From Octopus vulgaris (taxonomy: Eukaryota), in assembly GCA_951406725.2 (NCBI GenBank), contig OX597817.1, forward strand, positions 166,160,001 through 166,224,000: a stretch of 64,000 bases of DNA, given 5' to 3'. The notes under the pieces were generated by a model, which was not told where the DNA came from, did no database searches, and was given only the letters and a program-made list of their open reading frames with translations. Made by a program: the position numbers and the translations under genes. Of the stretch, positions 25,594 to 39,461 are shown piece after piece. Within the stretch, counting starts at the first letter, position 1, and every line of letters begins with the position of its first letter.

Positions 25594-26545
25594 TACTCTA
25601 TATTTTATATTATCTTTTAAACAGTTATCTATTTAGCTTTAATGGTAACAAGGTTTTTAATAATAACACTGGTGAACAGGGTTTTTCTTGTCTGATGTTG
25701 GAGACATATTTCCTACTAATTTTGGGTGGGGGGCTGATTTCAAAAATGAAATCCATTTTGCTCTATCACGTTAAGATTTCCCACAAACTTAGATGTCCAT
25801 TTTTCAACATTTCTGGTATTGTAACGACTTCATCAAATGCACACCCATGTATGGAGCATGACATAATTTTGAAGGTATAGTTTTTCAACGTCATTTACAG
25901 TAAATATAACTACAAAAGTGAAAACAAAAGACATGATTTAAGTATCTTCTGTAAATGATAAGCATCAAACTTGAGCAAATTTCACTATTTTCGACCTAAC
26001 CAGTTTCAAGTGTCATGACAATTATAAAAATGTCCTTTATACAATTAGATGTCAAGAAACAACATATTTTGTGGTCCTAGACACATATGTGTCTCATATT
26101 TACGGAATTTATCTGCAGATATGCGCACGTTCTGCTTAATTTAGTGTTACTATCATTGCAAACTAGATGAGATATGTTTTGTTGAACTTTTAAAGCGCTT
26201 CTTATGAAATTTGATATTTTGAATGTGCCCTTAATGTTTTAATTGCGAGGTCATATGGGTCGCGGTCACTTTTTGTCAAGCATGGTCAAAGAACTATAAA
26301 AAGAACGTCATGGTGTGTGTATGCTCTTGATGGAACTTTGTCATCACAAATTTGCATTTGCTTCTTTTATATGTTGGCTATCCTGAAAATGCATTTCCCA
26401 GGTGACAAGTGGCTTGAATATGTTTTGTATTTCAGAAATATAACCAGTTGTGAGATAAGAGAATATAAAAACAGCCCCGATGTCTTCTGTTTATTTCTGG
26501 ATTAGACTGTGAAATAAAATCACAGATTTTGTGAAGAAAGCTAAC

Positions 26546-26950
26546 AGGAGTGGCTGTGTGGTAAGTAGCTTGCTAACCAACCACATGGTTCTGGGTTCAG
26601 TCTCACTGCGTGGCATCTCGGGCAAGTGTCTTCTGCTATAGCCCCGGGCCGACCAATGCCTTGTGAGTGGATTTGGTAGACGGAAACTGAAAGAAACCTG
26701 TCCTATATATGTATATATATATATATGTATGTGTGTGTATGTGTTTGTGTGTCTGTGTTTGTCCCCCTAGCATTGCTTGACAACCAATGCTGGTGTGTTT
26801 ACGTTCCCATCACTTAGCGGTTCGGCAAAAGAGACCGATAGAATAAGTACTGGGCTTACAAAGAATAAGTCCCGGGGTTGAGTTGCTTGACTAAAGGCGG
26901 TGCTCCAGCATGGCCTCAGTCAAAATGACTGAAACAAGAAGAAAAAAGTA
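26546..26950 (+). mobile_element. SINE family A nested in Chapaev3-like element
   Basis: Interrupts the transposase relic after KITDFVKKA. Confidence 0.9.
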
Positions 26951-27517
26951 AAGAGAGTTACTTAGTTTAGCATGAAACTGGGCGACAAGACAAAGCCTGG
27001 GCGTCCCATTTAGTGTCCCATATAGTGTGCAAAACATGTGTCGAAACACTGCAACGGTGACTGCTTCAAGTGCTTAAGCAGAAAGTTTTCAGTTTTGTCT
27101 TGTGAGAAAATTCAAATTGGTGTGTTTGATGGGCCACATAATTGGTAGCTATTTCAAGTCGAGCTATTTTTTGGAGACCATGTCTCGCATTGAAAAAGAA
27201 GCACGGGATGCTTTTTCTGCAGTTGCGTCTGATTTCCTGGGAATTAGGATGTCATCAAATTATGAAGACCGTGTGCAGATCCTTTTAAGCAGTTTTCGAG
27301 CACTGGTCTGCAACATGAACGTAAATGAACATTTCCTGCAGAGTCATCTGGACTACTTCCTTGAAAATCATAAGGCAATAAGTGATGTGCAAGGAGAAAG
27401 ATTCAACCAAGACATCGAGAACATGGAGACAGGGTATCAAGGCCGGTGGAACACCAACGTGGTGCTGTCTACTGCAGGTCACCGTAGAGACTGTCATGAT
27501 ACAATTTATTCACATAG

Positions 27518-27845
27518 GTAGGAGCACTCCGTCGGTTACGACGACGAGGGTCCCAGCTGATACGATCAACGGAACAGCTCGCTCGTGGAATTAACGTGCA
27601 AGTAACTGAGCAATCCACAGACACGAGTACCCTTAACGTAGTTATCAGGGAGATTCAGCGTGACACAGAGTGTGACAAGGCCGGCCCTTTGAAATACAGG
27701 TAGAACTCATTTTTGCCAGCTGAGTGGACTGGAGCAACGTGAAATAAAATGTCTTGCTCAAGGACACAACGCATCGCCGGGAATCGAACTCACGACCTTA
27801 CAATCGTCAGTCGAATGCCCTAACCACTAAGCCACGCGCCTTCAC
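27518..27845 (-). mobile_element. SINE with family C tail and a different tRNA-type head
   Basis: Flanking duplication tattcacata; tail matches 15600-15778; head resembles 30230-30370. Confidence 0.8.
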
Positions 27846-29435
27846 TATTCACATATAGCAGCAAAGAGAATGTTCATTTCTTGAGTACCTGAAACTCCAG
27901 TTTGAGAGAAATATCTATTCTCAGATGTGTAATGAAACATTTTTGTAATGTAATTGTTAAACAATAAAAAGTACTATTTGGTTTGTGTTAGTTTCTTATT
28001 TCAGCATTGCATTTAATGACAAAATTGACATGTTTGGTAAAAAAAAAAAAAAAAATTTAATGAATTCCTGCTTAACAAAAAACTTGACATGATAGAAAAT
28101 TTCTGAGGGCATTTCTGAACCCACTACCATCAAATTAGGTAGGATTAATTGCAAAAAGCAAGACAACTATAAACCTTTTTCAAAAATGTTGCCCAGTGTA
28201 ATTGCTAATTACAGGTATTCTTTTATTAGCTTCTGATTTAATAAGGATATTTTAGTATTATCTATTAAATTACTGGTATACGTTTAACATTAAAGCATGC
28301 AAGGATAACGAATATTTAATATGCATGAAGTGTTTTAACTATTAAATTTTGGATTATGAAATAGTGTATTTTACTCAAAATTACTTAGATTATTAATTAA
28401 GTTCAATTGTGTTTGTTTTGTTTTGAAAAGAACAGAGTATAAAAGCTTTCACTTTTATATTAATAACTATGGAAGACTGGTGGGAATACTATCTGCATGG
28501 ACTTCAAGGGCTAGGTTCTTATTTAGTTAGATAATTTAGCAGTTAGTTATAGGTTTACTTATTGAATATATTTACCGATACTGTTTTTGTACATAGGGTA
28601 ATGTGGTTTCTTTGTTGTAGTTTAATTAATAATGTTAGTATTTAATCCTTCTTAGAATTAGGATTGAATGAATGTGGTGATACCTCCGGTATGTTTGTTC
28701 CCAAACAACACTTAATTTATTGCTGTTGACACCGCCGGATTGAATGGTACTGCTCAGGTGTCAAAACCATAGTGATATCCGTGGGGCAGCTGATGATGAT
28801 GGAGGTATGCTGGCTTGTTAGTATGGCTGTTATAGTTTTATAAGACGTCCGTTTGATATATAATCACACACACACACACGGATGTGTGTGTATGAATACA
28901 CACATATATACTCATACAAATATGCATACACACACTCACAGAAACATACACACACACACGTACACATACACACGCACACATATATATATACTCGTATATA
29001 TTTATAAATATGATATATAAGAACCACCATCATGGACATACGTAAACAATTTAATTGTCCATTAATTTTCCTGTTAGGTTTTCAATTATTTGTTGTTGGT
29101 GTTGGCATCATATATATCATTTTAATTGTCTGTATATCTCTTTATTCTTTCCCTTCTAATATAACTTATAAACCTGTTGCGTATTTGGATTTACATATTC
29201 GCCAAGATGGATGTTTATTGTATCATATTACCTTCACGAAACATGTCTGTTAATGGCCATCAACTACCCTGTCAAGACGTCATGCAGAATTTAACCCTGA
29301 TTGACTTCAGGTTTTTAGCATTTCCTAGTTAGCTTTGAGTGGAAGCGGATGTAAGACATTTTCTGATATATATATATGTGGGTGTGTGTGTGTATGTATA
29401 TGTATGTGTGTGTGTGTGTGTACATATATGTGGGG

Positions 29436-29529
<94 letters not shown>

Positions 29530-29550
29530 TCTCTCTCTCTCTTCTATCTA

Positions 29551-29592
<42 letters not shown>

Positions 29593-30051
29593 ATTTGTAT
29601 ATATATATGTTTGTATGTATATCTAATTTCAATTTTGTACATTTATTCATGTTTTCCCATTAACTTGAAGGAGAGAACAAAGACCCCACCCCCACCCTTC
29701 TTTGTTTCTGCTTTTTAATTAATTGTGGTTTTGTTTAATAAACCTGAGTAATATTAATATTCTAAGAGTTTCATACGAATTATAAAGATCTAAAAGCGGG
29801 TTTGTTACTGTTGTCGTTTTTGTTCCGGTTTTCCTTTGTTGTTTAACCCAAGGTTACATCTAATCGAGTAGTCCTATGATTAAAGATATTGCTACCGAGA
29901 TCATCTTCTCTTCTATTCATATGTAATTTATCTAGGACATTGTCAAATGCGTCATTCATTTTCAAAACAGCAGAGTGCGATGTAAAGGGGTTTGAGGTTA
30001 TTCAGCCGACTGCAGATTTCTCTTCGTCTTCTATTCATTATTACAGAGGAC

Positions 30052-30470
30052 AAGGCAGCGATCTGGCAGAATCGTTAGCACACCGGGCGAAATACTTACG
30101 GGCATTCTGTCCGTCTTCACGAGCTGAGTTCAAATTCCACTGAGGTTGACTTTGTCTTTTATCCTTTCAGAGTCGATAAAAATGAGTACCAGTTGAGCAC
30201 TGGGGTCGATGTAAACAACTTACAACCTCCGTGTAGGCACGTGGCATAATGGTCAGGATGTTGGACTCATGATTGTGGTTTCATTTCCTGGACCAGGCGA
30301 CGCGTTGCGTTCTTGAGCAAAACACTTCATTTCGTGTTGTTCCAGTCCCCTCAACTGGCAAAAATGAATATTCCTACAACAGACCGGCGTCCCGTCAAGG
30401 TAGAGAATACATACGCTATGGAAACCGGAAAACCGGCTCTATGGGTCTATATGACTCGGGAAAGAACTTA
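30052..30470 (+). mobile_element. Diverged family B SINE followed by another tRNA-type SINE
   Basis: Similarity to 6276 and to the head of 27518-27845. Confidence 0.65.
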
Positions 30471-30538
30471 CCAAATGATTATTACAATAATGATGAGAAT
30501 GTTCATTACTACTACTACTACTACTACTACCACTACTA

Positions 30539-30570
<32 letters not shown>

Positions 30571-30771
30571 ACTTCTATTACTACTACTACTTCTGCTGCT
30601 GCTGCTACTACTACTACTACTATAACTACTACTACTACTCCCCCTCCTCCTCCTCCTCCTACTACTACTACTCTTACTCCTACTTCTTCTTCTTCTCCTC
30701 CTCCTCCTCCTCCTCCTACTACTACTGCTACTACTACTACTTACCGTAGAAAGGATTACTACATAGTAGCT

Positions 30772-30995
30772 AAGATGGCGAGCTGGCAGTATCGTTAAGT
30801 CACCGAGGAAACTCCTTAGCGGCATTTCTTCCGTCTTTACGTTCTGATTTCAAATTCCACCAAGGTCAACTTTGCCTTTTGTCCTTTCTGGGTCAATAAA
30901 ATAAGTACCGCTTGAGTACTGGGGTCGATGTAATTGACTTGCCTTCTGCCCCCCCCCCCCCGAAATTGCTGCCCTAGTACAAAAATTTGAAGCAG
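30772..30995 (+). mobile_element. SINE family B, diverged
   Basis: Similarity to 6276 copy. Confidence 0.7.
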
Positions 30996-31199
30996 TTACT
31001 ACACAGTGGCTATACTTGATGAAAGGGCGTTTAAAGAGAGATGCTGAAAAAAAGTATTATTCTTTAGAAGAAATAAATTTGCTGACAGGTGGGTGAATGT
31101 GGCAAGGAAGACTCGAGTGAGTGAGCTTACTCTGAGCTTGCACCTGTAAACTGGAGTGAAAGGATAGGAAAGATTTGTTTCTTTCTGGGACCTGATGCC

Positions 31200-31505
31200 T
31201 ATCGTAAAAATGATTATTTTCTCTTTATCACAGGTTTTCTTGGAACTCCTGGAGTCTTACATGTGTAGCGGACTTACTGCCTGCAGCCTACGGTACCATG
31301 CTATTCGTTTCTTTCAGCTATCTAATACTTTCCTGATTATTCTGGCCATGTCAAGGAGGCAAATCTTTCGTAGCAGTTCTACTAGGCACTCTATTCCAAT
31401 TTCCTTTATATTCCTCTTGATGCTATCTGATACTGTTCCCAAGGATCCAACAATAATTGGCACTATCTTCACCTCCATCATTTTCCATAGCCGGGCTATT
31501 TCGTA
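31200..31505 (-). mobile_element. R4/Dong-like RLE 3' fragment
   Basis: KYEIARLWKMMEVKIVPIIVGSLG...LRKICLLDMARIIRKVL. Confidence 0.8.
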
Positions 31506-31652
31506 CTTCATCATCATCATTATTATTATTATTATTATCAATATTATTATCATTATTATTATTATTCAGTAGTTTTATTTTTATAAAACTACTGAATAAA
31601 TTACTACTGAATTATTATTATTATTATTATTATTATTAGTACTATTATTATT

Positions 31653-31738
<86 letters not shown>

Positions 31739-31777
31739 TATTATTATTATTATCATCATCATCATCATATCATATCA

Positions 31778-31897
<120 letters not shown>

Positions 31898-31899
31898 CA

Positions 31900-34800
31900 T
31901 CATTCTATGTTTGACTTTTGCTTTATATTTGTACAAGTTGGCTCCAAGTCTCACCCAGAGACCTCAAGAGACAACAGGGTTGGAAGTTCATGTTGTTGTT
32001 ATGCCTAGTGTGCCATATATTTGGGGGTTTTTTTTTGGGGATGTTGTACTAATGAATGTCTAAAAAAAAAAAAAAAAAAAAGGTTTTTTTTTTTTTTTTT
32101 TTTTTAAACCGAAAATTATGTTTGTTTTAAACCTTGAGATTACATAGAGAGTATTTTGCGTAGGATATGAGCAGTTCCCATGAGCACTATCTTTTGAATT
32201 TCTGCCATTTTGGGGTTTCCTGGTATCTGAGTTAGGTAGCAATCAGCCCCTTTCGCTATCATTCCCAGGGCACCTATGACAACAGGTATTGTTTTAGTCT
32301 TCAGGTTCCACATTTTGCTGATTTCTATTTCAAGATCTTTATATTTGCTCAGTTTTTGGTCGGTCTTGACAGATACGTTTATATCGATTGGGGTAGTCAT
32401 ATCAATGAGGAGGCATGTTCTTTGTCTGAAGTCTTTCAATATGATGCCTGGCCTATTTGCATCTATCTTTCTGTCAGTTTTAATGGTGAAGTTCCAGAGG
32501 AGTGAGATGTGGTCATTTTCAAGCACTGGAGGTGGATTGTGTTCCCACCAGTTTTTTTCATGGGGCAAATCCAGCTTTTTGCAAATTACCCAGTGAATAT
32601 ATTGTGCAGCTCTCTCATGCCTGTTGAGGTACTCTGTAGGCGCTAAAAGACTGCATTTGGAGACAACATGATCAATGGTTTAATTTTGTTGTCGACATAC
32701 ACGACATGTTGGGCTACTGCCGTTCTTTAATATGTTGGTCTGGTAGTTTCTTGTTGGTAGGCATTGATCTTGAGCTGCTATGATAAACCCTTCTGTTTCA
32801 GATTTTAAGCCAGAGGCCATTAGCCATTGATGGGTCAGGGCTTTGTCAATATCTGCATTATTCGCTCTCTTTGGGTATTTGCCATAGAGAGGTTTTTCTT
32901 GCCATTTATTATTCAGAATATCTAAGGCCGCAGTTTTGGCACGGGTTTTCATGCGCTTAGCTTTTTCTGTGCTTGTTTCTTGTATGTCTATCTCTAATTC
33001 CGAAATTTGTTGTATTCGGAATTCACTTAGATATTCCTTTGCCTGTTTTGTCACTGAGTATGATGCTTTCTTGTTTTCAAGTTTTGAGACAAGTTTTAAC
33101 ATCCAGTCCTCAGACTTTTTCAGGTAGGTGTCTAGGCCAATTGTAGCAATATTCATTGTTATTGCCAGTTGTAAAAGACCACGACCGCCCTCTTTTCTTG
33201 GCAGATAAAGTCGTTCTGTATCTGCCTTAGGGTGGTGCATCCTATGCATTGTCAACAGTTTTCGTATTTTTCTGTCGAGCTGATATATTTCAGTAATTGA
33301 CCAGTTAACGATGTTGAAACTGTAAGTCACGACTGGTATGGCTAATGCATTGATCGCTTCGATCCTGTTTCTTGCATTCAGCTCTGTCTTGAGTATTGCT
33401 CTCACTCTTCGATAACATTCTCTCCTGATCCTTTCCTTCATCTGTGAATGCCTTATTCCGTCCCCTTCAATTACCCCTAGGTACTTGTAGCTCTCCGCTG
33501 GGTCTAGTTCTTTTATGACATTCTGCTGGTCAAGGTTAACGTTAGATGTTTCATTTTTCCTTTGATAAAGGTAGCTTTTGCACATTTATCGAGGCCGAAT
33601 TGCATTCTGATGTCATCACTGAATTGTTTGACTATCGCTAGTAAGCCCTTGAGTTGTTGGTCATTTTTTTGCAAAAAGCTTTAAATCATCCATGTAAATG
33701 AGATGATTTATATTTTTATTAAACATTTTATACCCATACTGCGCGTCATTGAGCAGTTTTGAGAGAGGTATTAAGGCTAAAAAAAAGAGGAGTGGTGACA
33801 GTGATCACCCTGGAAAATGACACATGAAATTTTTACATCACCAGCATTTAGGGATTCATTGTCACTGTTCAGAGTTAGTGTGCTTCTCCATGATCTCATA
33901 CTTACAGTCAAAAAGTTTCGCAGAGTAGGTGCTATCTTATACATTTCCAGGCATTTCCTAATCCAGCTATGTGGTAGGCTATCAAAAGCCTTTTTATAGT
34001 CTATCCAGGCTATTGATAAGTTTTGTCTCGTTTGTGACAATCTTCTAAGATCATCTTATTGATGAGTAGTTGATCTTTACAGCCGTAGGATCCACGTTTA
34101 CATCCTTTCTGTTCATTAGGGAATATGCTGCTGTCTGCTAAAAAAACTATAAGTATATTCCGTCAGGACAGATGTTAGCGTTTTATACATAGTTGTTAAG
34201 CAGGTTATGGGTCTATAGTTTTTTGGTTCATTTGTTTCTTCACTTTTTGGAAGCAGGAATGTTAACCCATTAACTAGCCAAGGAGGCATCCTACTAGGGT
34301 GTTGCAAAACATCATTGTACAGTTCTGTTAGCAGTTCATGGCTCTCTGGGAAGGCATTCAGCCAGAAGTTAGGAATTTTATCCTTTCCTGGAGACTTCCA
34401 TTTGCTTGACCTCCTGAGAGCAGATCTTATATCTTCTACCTTGACACCCTCCCACTTTTGCTCTTCTAAGGAGTCCAGTTCTGTAGATATTCTGTCAATC
34501 CAGGGGGCCTTTTCGTTGTGTGTTTTTTCTTCTGCCCAGATTTTATTCCAAAATCCCTGCACTTCTTCTTTTGATGGTACAGACCTTACAGTAACTGCTG
34601 TTTTTCCTATCTTCCTGTAAAAATTCTTGGGGTTATTTTTGAACATGCTGTTGTCCATGAAAAATCTAACACGCTTTTCATACCTCGCTATGCGGGCAGC
34701 TTTGGCAGATACCTTTTGTTTGATGGTTTCTATGGTGGCATCAATATCAAGTATAGTTTTCATATTGTATTTTTTTCATTAATTTTGGGGTTTTTGTAGG

Positions 34801-35870
34801 TTTGGTAGTCTTGTGAACCTTAAGGTTTTTCAAATATTCAATGTCAGATCTAAATAGTTTAATTTGTTGTTGCAGACGCTCTTGCCAAGAAGGCTTTTTG
34901 TGGGAATGTTGCCGTTTTCTAATCTTTACACCACATAGGATCGTTGAGATTTTCGCGGATGCATAGTATAGGTGGTTGAGATTTGTGATATCAACATCAT
35001 TAGCTGAAATTATATCCTTAAGTGCAAGCCGGATTTTACCAATTATTTTCATGTTTTGGTTAGAGTTGCGGATTTTAGGTAGTGTATCACGTTCATCCAT
35101 ACTGGTTTCTTTAATTTTCAGCCATTCAATCATGATTTGATTTTTTAGCTCATGTAGCTCTGTTGGGTCAATATTTGTGTGACTTTCTTTATCTATTTGA
35201 TGTTCATCTGTCTTAGTGTTTATGATTGGTTTAGGGAGTATTTCACTTTGCCTATCACTTATACTAACTCTTTCAATCCTTACTTCGTTTTTATCAGCCC
35301 TGGGCTGGTCTATAATTATTTCCTCTGTATTATCTTCTCTAGCTGCAGCTTCGTTCATTTTATCCGATACTGCTTGTCTAACTTGATCAATCTCTACTTC
35401 AGTCAGTAATTTTTTTTATAATGTTTCTTCTGACGTTGGCAAGTTTGTTACTGTCTATGTAGGGTCTTACTTCAGGGTGTTTCTGTCTCCAGTTTAAATA
35501 GGTTTGTACAGTATTAGATTTATCTGTGGGGAAATATATGGCATGGTAGAAGGCCGCAAGAACTTCTTTATTATCTTCCCTACACCATTTTTCCTTCTTT
35601 TTCTTTTGATTATTTGGTGACGAGCATGGATGGCCATCTGTTGGAATATTCCGGTTGTGGGGTGCGTCCAGCTCCTGTGCATTGGGAAGATTTGATCCAG
35701 TAACTGATTTTTCAATCAGAATTTGGTTCAATTTTCGGGTACGTGGTCTTTTGTAATCCGCGCGACGACCAATGCAGTTTGTAGCTTGTTTTGTTGACAT
35801 TGAAGCATGACGAGCTTCCACTCTTACATTAAGAGATGGATCTGTCACTTTAGGGTTCTCTACACGTGAG
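31900..35870 (-). mobile_element. R4/Dong-like non-LTR retrotransposon, near full length, frameshifted (RT, CCHC knuckle, RLE)
   Basis: WKSPGKD, NYRPITCL, IDYKKAFDS, IFQGD, HLIYMDD (33685-33696), YKYLG, CRVC..H...C, RPGII..IDMT..K..KY; 3' end in (TAA/TGA)n. Confidence 0.93.
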
Positions 35871-35879
35871 CATTGCTCG

Positions 35880-36280
35880 TGATTTTGCAATTCTCATTCT
35901 CGGTGACTCCTTCTGGTGTTTTCTCATACCACGACGTCTTAACTCCCAATGGATCGTTATTGCCGCATTGTCATTGCGTCTTTTGAATTTGCGCTGTGCT
36001 AGTTTCGGGCATTTGCTAACGACGTGCCATACTATTTCACCCTCTCAGCACACATTCTGCATTGTCGCTGTCGGTAGTGTTGTCTATTCCGTACTTCACA
36101 TAGTTGGTCTTTAACGCTTGCTCTTGAGCTGCACATATGAGTGGTTGTCTCTATTTTCATGTCACTCTTCTTCATCCATAGCCACCGATCCTTTGTAGCT
36201 CTCTTGGCGTTCTCACCTCTTGCAAACTGACCGTACATTTCTTCCTACTATGCTTTTTCTTTTCTTTGTATTCATTTCTT
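35880..36280 (-). mobile_element. Partial duplicate of the R4-like fragment at 36752-37150
   Basis: Near-identical ~400 bp; MYGQFAR..WLWMKKSDMKIET. Confidence 0.85.
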
Positions 36281-36283
36281 TAA

Positions 36284-36334
<51 letters not shown>

Positions 36335-36339
36335 CAAAC

Positions 36340-37150
36340 AACTGTTGGAAATGAAAAAATCCTAATATCGGGCTACAACAAGTATCCTTAGAAACCAAGA
36401 CTGCTCCTAAGTATTCTTGCAGTTCCAAGCAAAGCTGATTTTTGTAGGTGTTCTTCCTTCACACTTGCACCCATCTTTTGCAGCCATGTTGGTAGTTGAG
36501 TGCTGATGCTTCCAAGTGAACCAATTACTATTAGTATCACGTCTACTCTCTTCATTGATTACAACCTTCATATTTCCCACTTCAAATCGTCATATTTGTT
36601 TATTTTTTCCTTCTTCTTTCACACTGATCCTGTTGTCTCTGGGGCATGCTATGTCGATTATCATGCATGTTTTTCCTTTTTTATTCACCACAACAATGTC
36701 CGTTTTCCAATGTCTGGTCAGGTGATCGCACTGAATCATTGTATCCCACACGATTTTGCAATTCTCATTCTCGGTGACTCCTTCTGGTGTTTTCTCATAC
36801 CACGTCTTAACTCCCAATGGATCGTTATTGTCGCATTGTCATTGCGTCTTTTGAATTTGCGCTGTGCTAGTTTCGGGCATTTGCTAACGACGTGCCATAC
36901 TATTTCACCCTCTCAGCACACATTCTGCAGTTGTCGCTGTCGGTAGTGTTGTCTATTCTGTACTTCACATAGTTGGTCTTTAACGCTTGCTCTTGAGCTG
37001 CACATATGAGTGGTTGTCTCTATTTTCATGTCACTCTTCTTCATCCATAGCCACCGATCCTTTGTAGCTCTCTTGGCGTTCTCACCTCTTGCAAACTGAC
37101 CGTACATTTTTTCCTACTATGCTTTTTTTCTTTTCTTTGTGTTCATTTCG
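36340..37150 (-). mobile_element. R4-like 3' fragment (CCHC + RLE)
   Basis: WYEKTPEGVTENENCKIVWD..IQCD..KTDIVVVNK..CMIIDIACP; ends at (TAA)n. Confidence 0.85.
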
Positions 37151-37269
37151 TTAAATGTTTCTTCCATTACACAATTTTCAATTTTAGTGACGCCGGCCTA
37201 CTTTGTATGTTTCAACAATGGCCCCATGGCATTTTATTATCATTATTGTCAGTTATTATTATTATTATT

Positions 37270-37652
37270 TTCCTTCTTTCTTCAAATTTTCTTCCATTTC
37301 TCGCCGAGTGTTTTCCGTACACCTAGGGCAGAGAAGCTCATTGTATGCATTCCCAGATTACACACGCAAATTCACAGGTAAAATATATATTTAAACAAAT
37401 AAATAAATAAATTCATAAATGGATGTTGTTTACATGGCGATAATGCTCTTCTCAGTACATGAGTCGTTCCAGTTAACATGATTTTTTGCACTTCCTGTAG
37501 GGATGGTAAGCCTGGTATCATTTTCAAATAGGTTTCAGTACCTTTCTTTTTATCATTCCTAGAGATCCTACAATCACTGGTAATGTAGTCGCCTTGAGAT
37601 GCCACATTTTTTTCAATTTCTATTAGCAAGTCTTTATATTTACTGATCTTTT
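37270..37652 (-). mobile_element. R4/Dong-like 3' fragment
   Basis: KYKDLLIEIEK..IPGLPSLQEVQKIMLTGTTHVLRRALS; flanked by (TAA)n; paralog 62146-62371. Confidence 0.85.
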
Positions 37653-37667
37653 ATATTATTATTATTA

Positions 37668-37728
<61 letters not shown>

Positions 37729-38024
37729 GGCTGCGAGTTGACAGAATCGTTACCAGCATCGGTTGTCAAGCGATGGTAAAGGGACAAACACAGAAACAAA
37801 GACACACACACACACACACACACACATAAATATATACATGCATATATATACCACGGGCTTCTTTTAGGTTTCCATCTACCAGATCCACTCACAAGACTTT
37901 GTTCGGTCCGAGGTTATTGTAAGAAACACTTGCCTAAGGTGCCACCCGGAACTGAACCACCCGAAACTACTTAATACAGAGTGATGCCTGCGCCTATATA
38001 TATAAATGTATACATACACACATA

Positions 38025-38118
<94 letters not shown>

Positions 38119-38761
38119 GTATGTATGTTTGTATCTATGTATATATGTGTATATAGGAATACAAGCCTTCATACACACGCACTATTTATATACATACACA
38201 CAAACACATATGTATATACACGCGTGCCTTTTTTCCATGCGAGTTGGTCTTAAATGGGAGAAAAGTAGATATCCATGAAATAATTACAATCTAAACAGAG
38301 ATCCGGTTTAGTTTAATTACCCCGTTAATTTTCTCATCGTTGATAATGATGTTTTTGATGATTAGCATGTGTCATCGATATTAATTTCGTTTTAAGTTGT
38401 TCACGAGTGGAAAAGCACGAGCTAAGCTGATTAGGGTCTTTGCCCTCTTGGGTGGTGCTTGTCACGGGTCAACACAGCAATCAATTCGCTTTTACCTTTT
38501 ATGAAGGGGACGTGTCTCGAGCTCAGGCGGCAGATTGCGCGAGACATGACGCTTTAGTTTCTTTAATAATCTTATACGAACGGTATGAATACCAAATGTA
38601 ACAAGAGCAGACGTTTCCGTTCAGGTGTGTGTTGCGTGTACAAATTATGCATGTATGTATGTATGAAGGAATGTATGTGTATGTATTTATGTATAGAAAT
38701 ACATATATACGTACATATATGATATGTATATACACATCCATACATACGTACACACACGCAG

Positions 38762-38802
<41 letters not shown>

Positions 38803-39085
38803 TACAAATACATACACATACCTACACACACAGGCGTAGATACAGACACAAACATACTTAGATACATAGAAACGTGTTCAGGTATTCATTGGGTATAAGT
38901 GTATGTGTGTGTGTGTGTATGTTTGTGTGTGTGTGTGTGTGCGTGTGTGCGTGTGTGCTTGCCTGTGTGCTTGCGTGTGTGCGTGTATGTATAAATACAT
39001 ATATTGTTATATTTCGGGTTGATCATTCTTTTTTATATTTTATTTTAATCTCGCAACAGAAATTCATAAACGTGTGTGTATATAT

Positions 39086-39139
<54 letters not shown>

Positions 39140-39214
39140 ATATTAGGGAATAAATCCAAAATTACAGGGAAAAAAATCAGATTTAGGATTAAATCCAATT
39201 TTATAGTAAAATAT

Positions 39215-39409
39215 TATATAATATTAATTCGAGACAAAACCACTATTTTGCAAATCAAACAAGGAAAGACTTAATCAATACATAAAAAATTTTAATATAA
39301 AGTAAATATAAAGATAATATAAAGTAATTATTTACTTTATATTAAAATTTTTTATGTATTGATTAAGTCTTTCCATGTTTGATTTGCAAAATAGTGGTTT
39401 TGTCTCGAA

Positions 39410-39422
<13 letters not shown>
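39215..39422. repeat. Near-perfect ~94 bp inverted repeat, 20 nt spacer
   Basis: 39215-39308 vs 39329-39422, one mismatch seen. Confidence 0.9.

Positions 39423-39458
<36 letters not shown>

Positions 39459-39461
<3 letters not shown>

Larger units (their letters stand above)
25667..28198 (+). mobile_element. Chapaev3-like DNA transposon, internally deleted, with two nested SINEs
   Basis: Termini CACTGGTGAACA / TGTTGCCCAGTG, TAA target duplication; transposase relics NSPDVFC, HIVCKTC, HFLQSHLDYF..SDVQGERFNQDIENMETGYQGRW. Confidence 0.8.
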
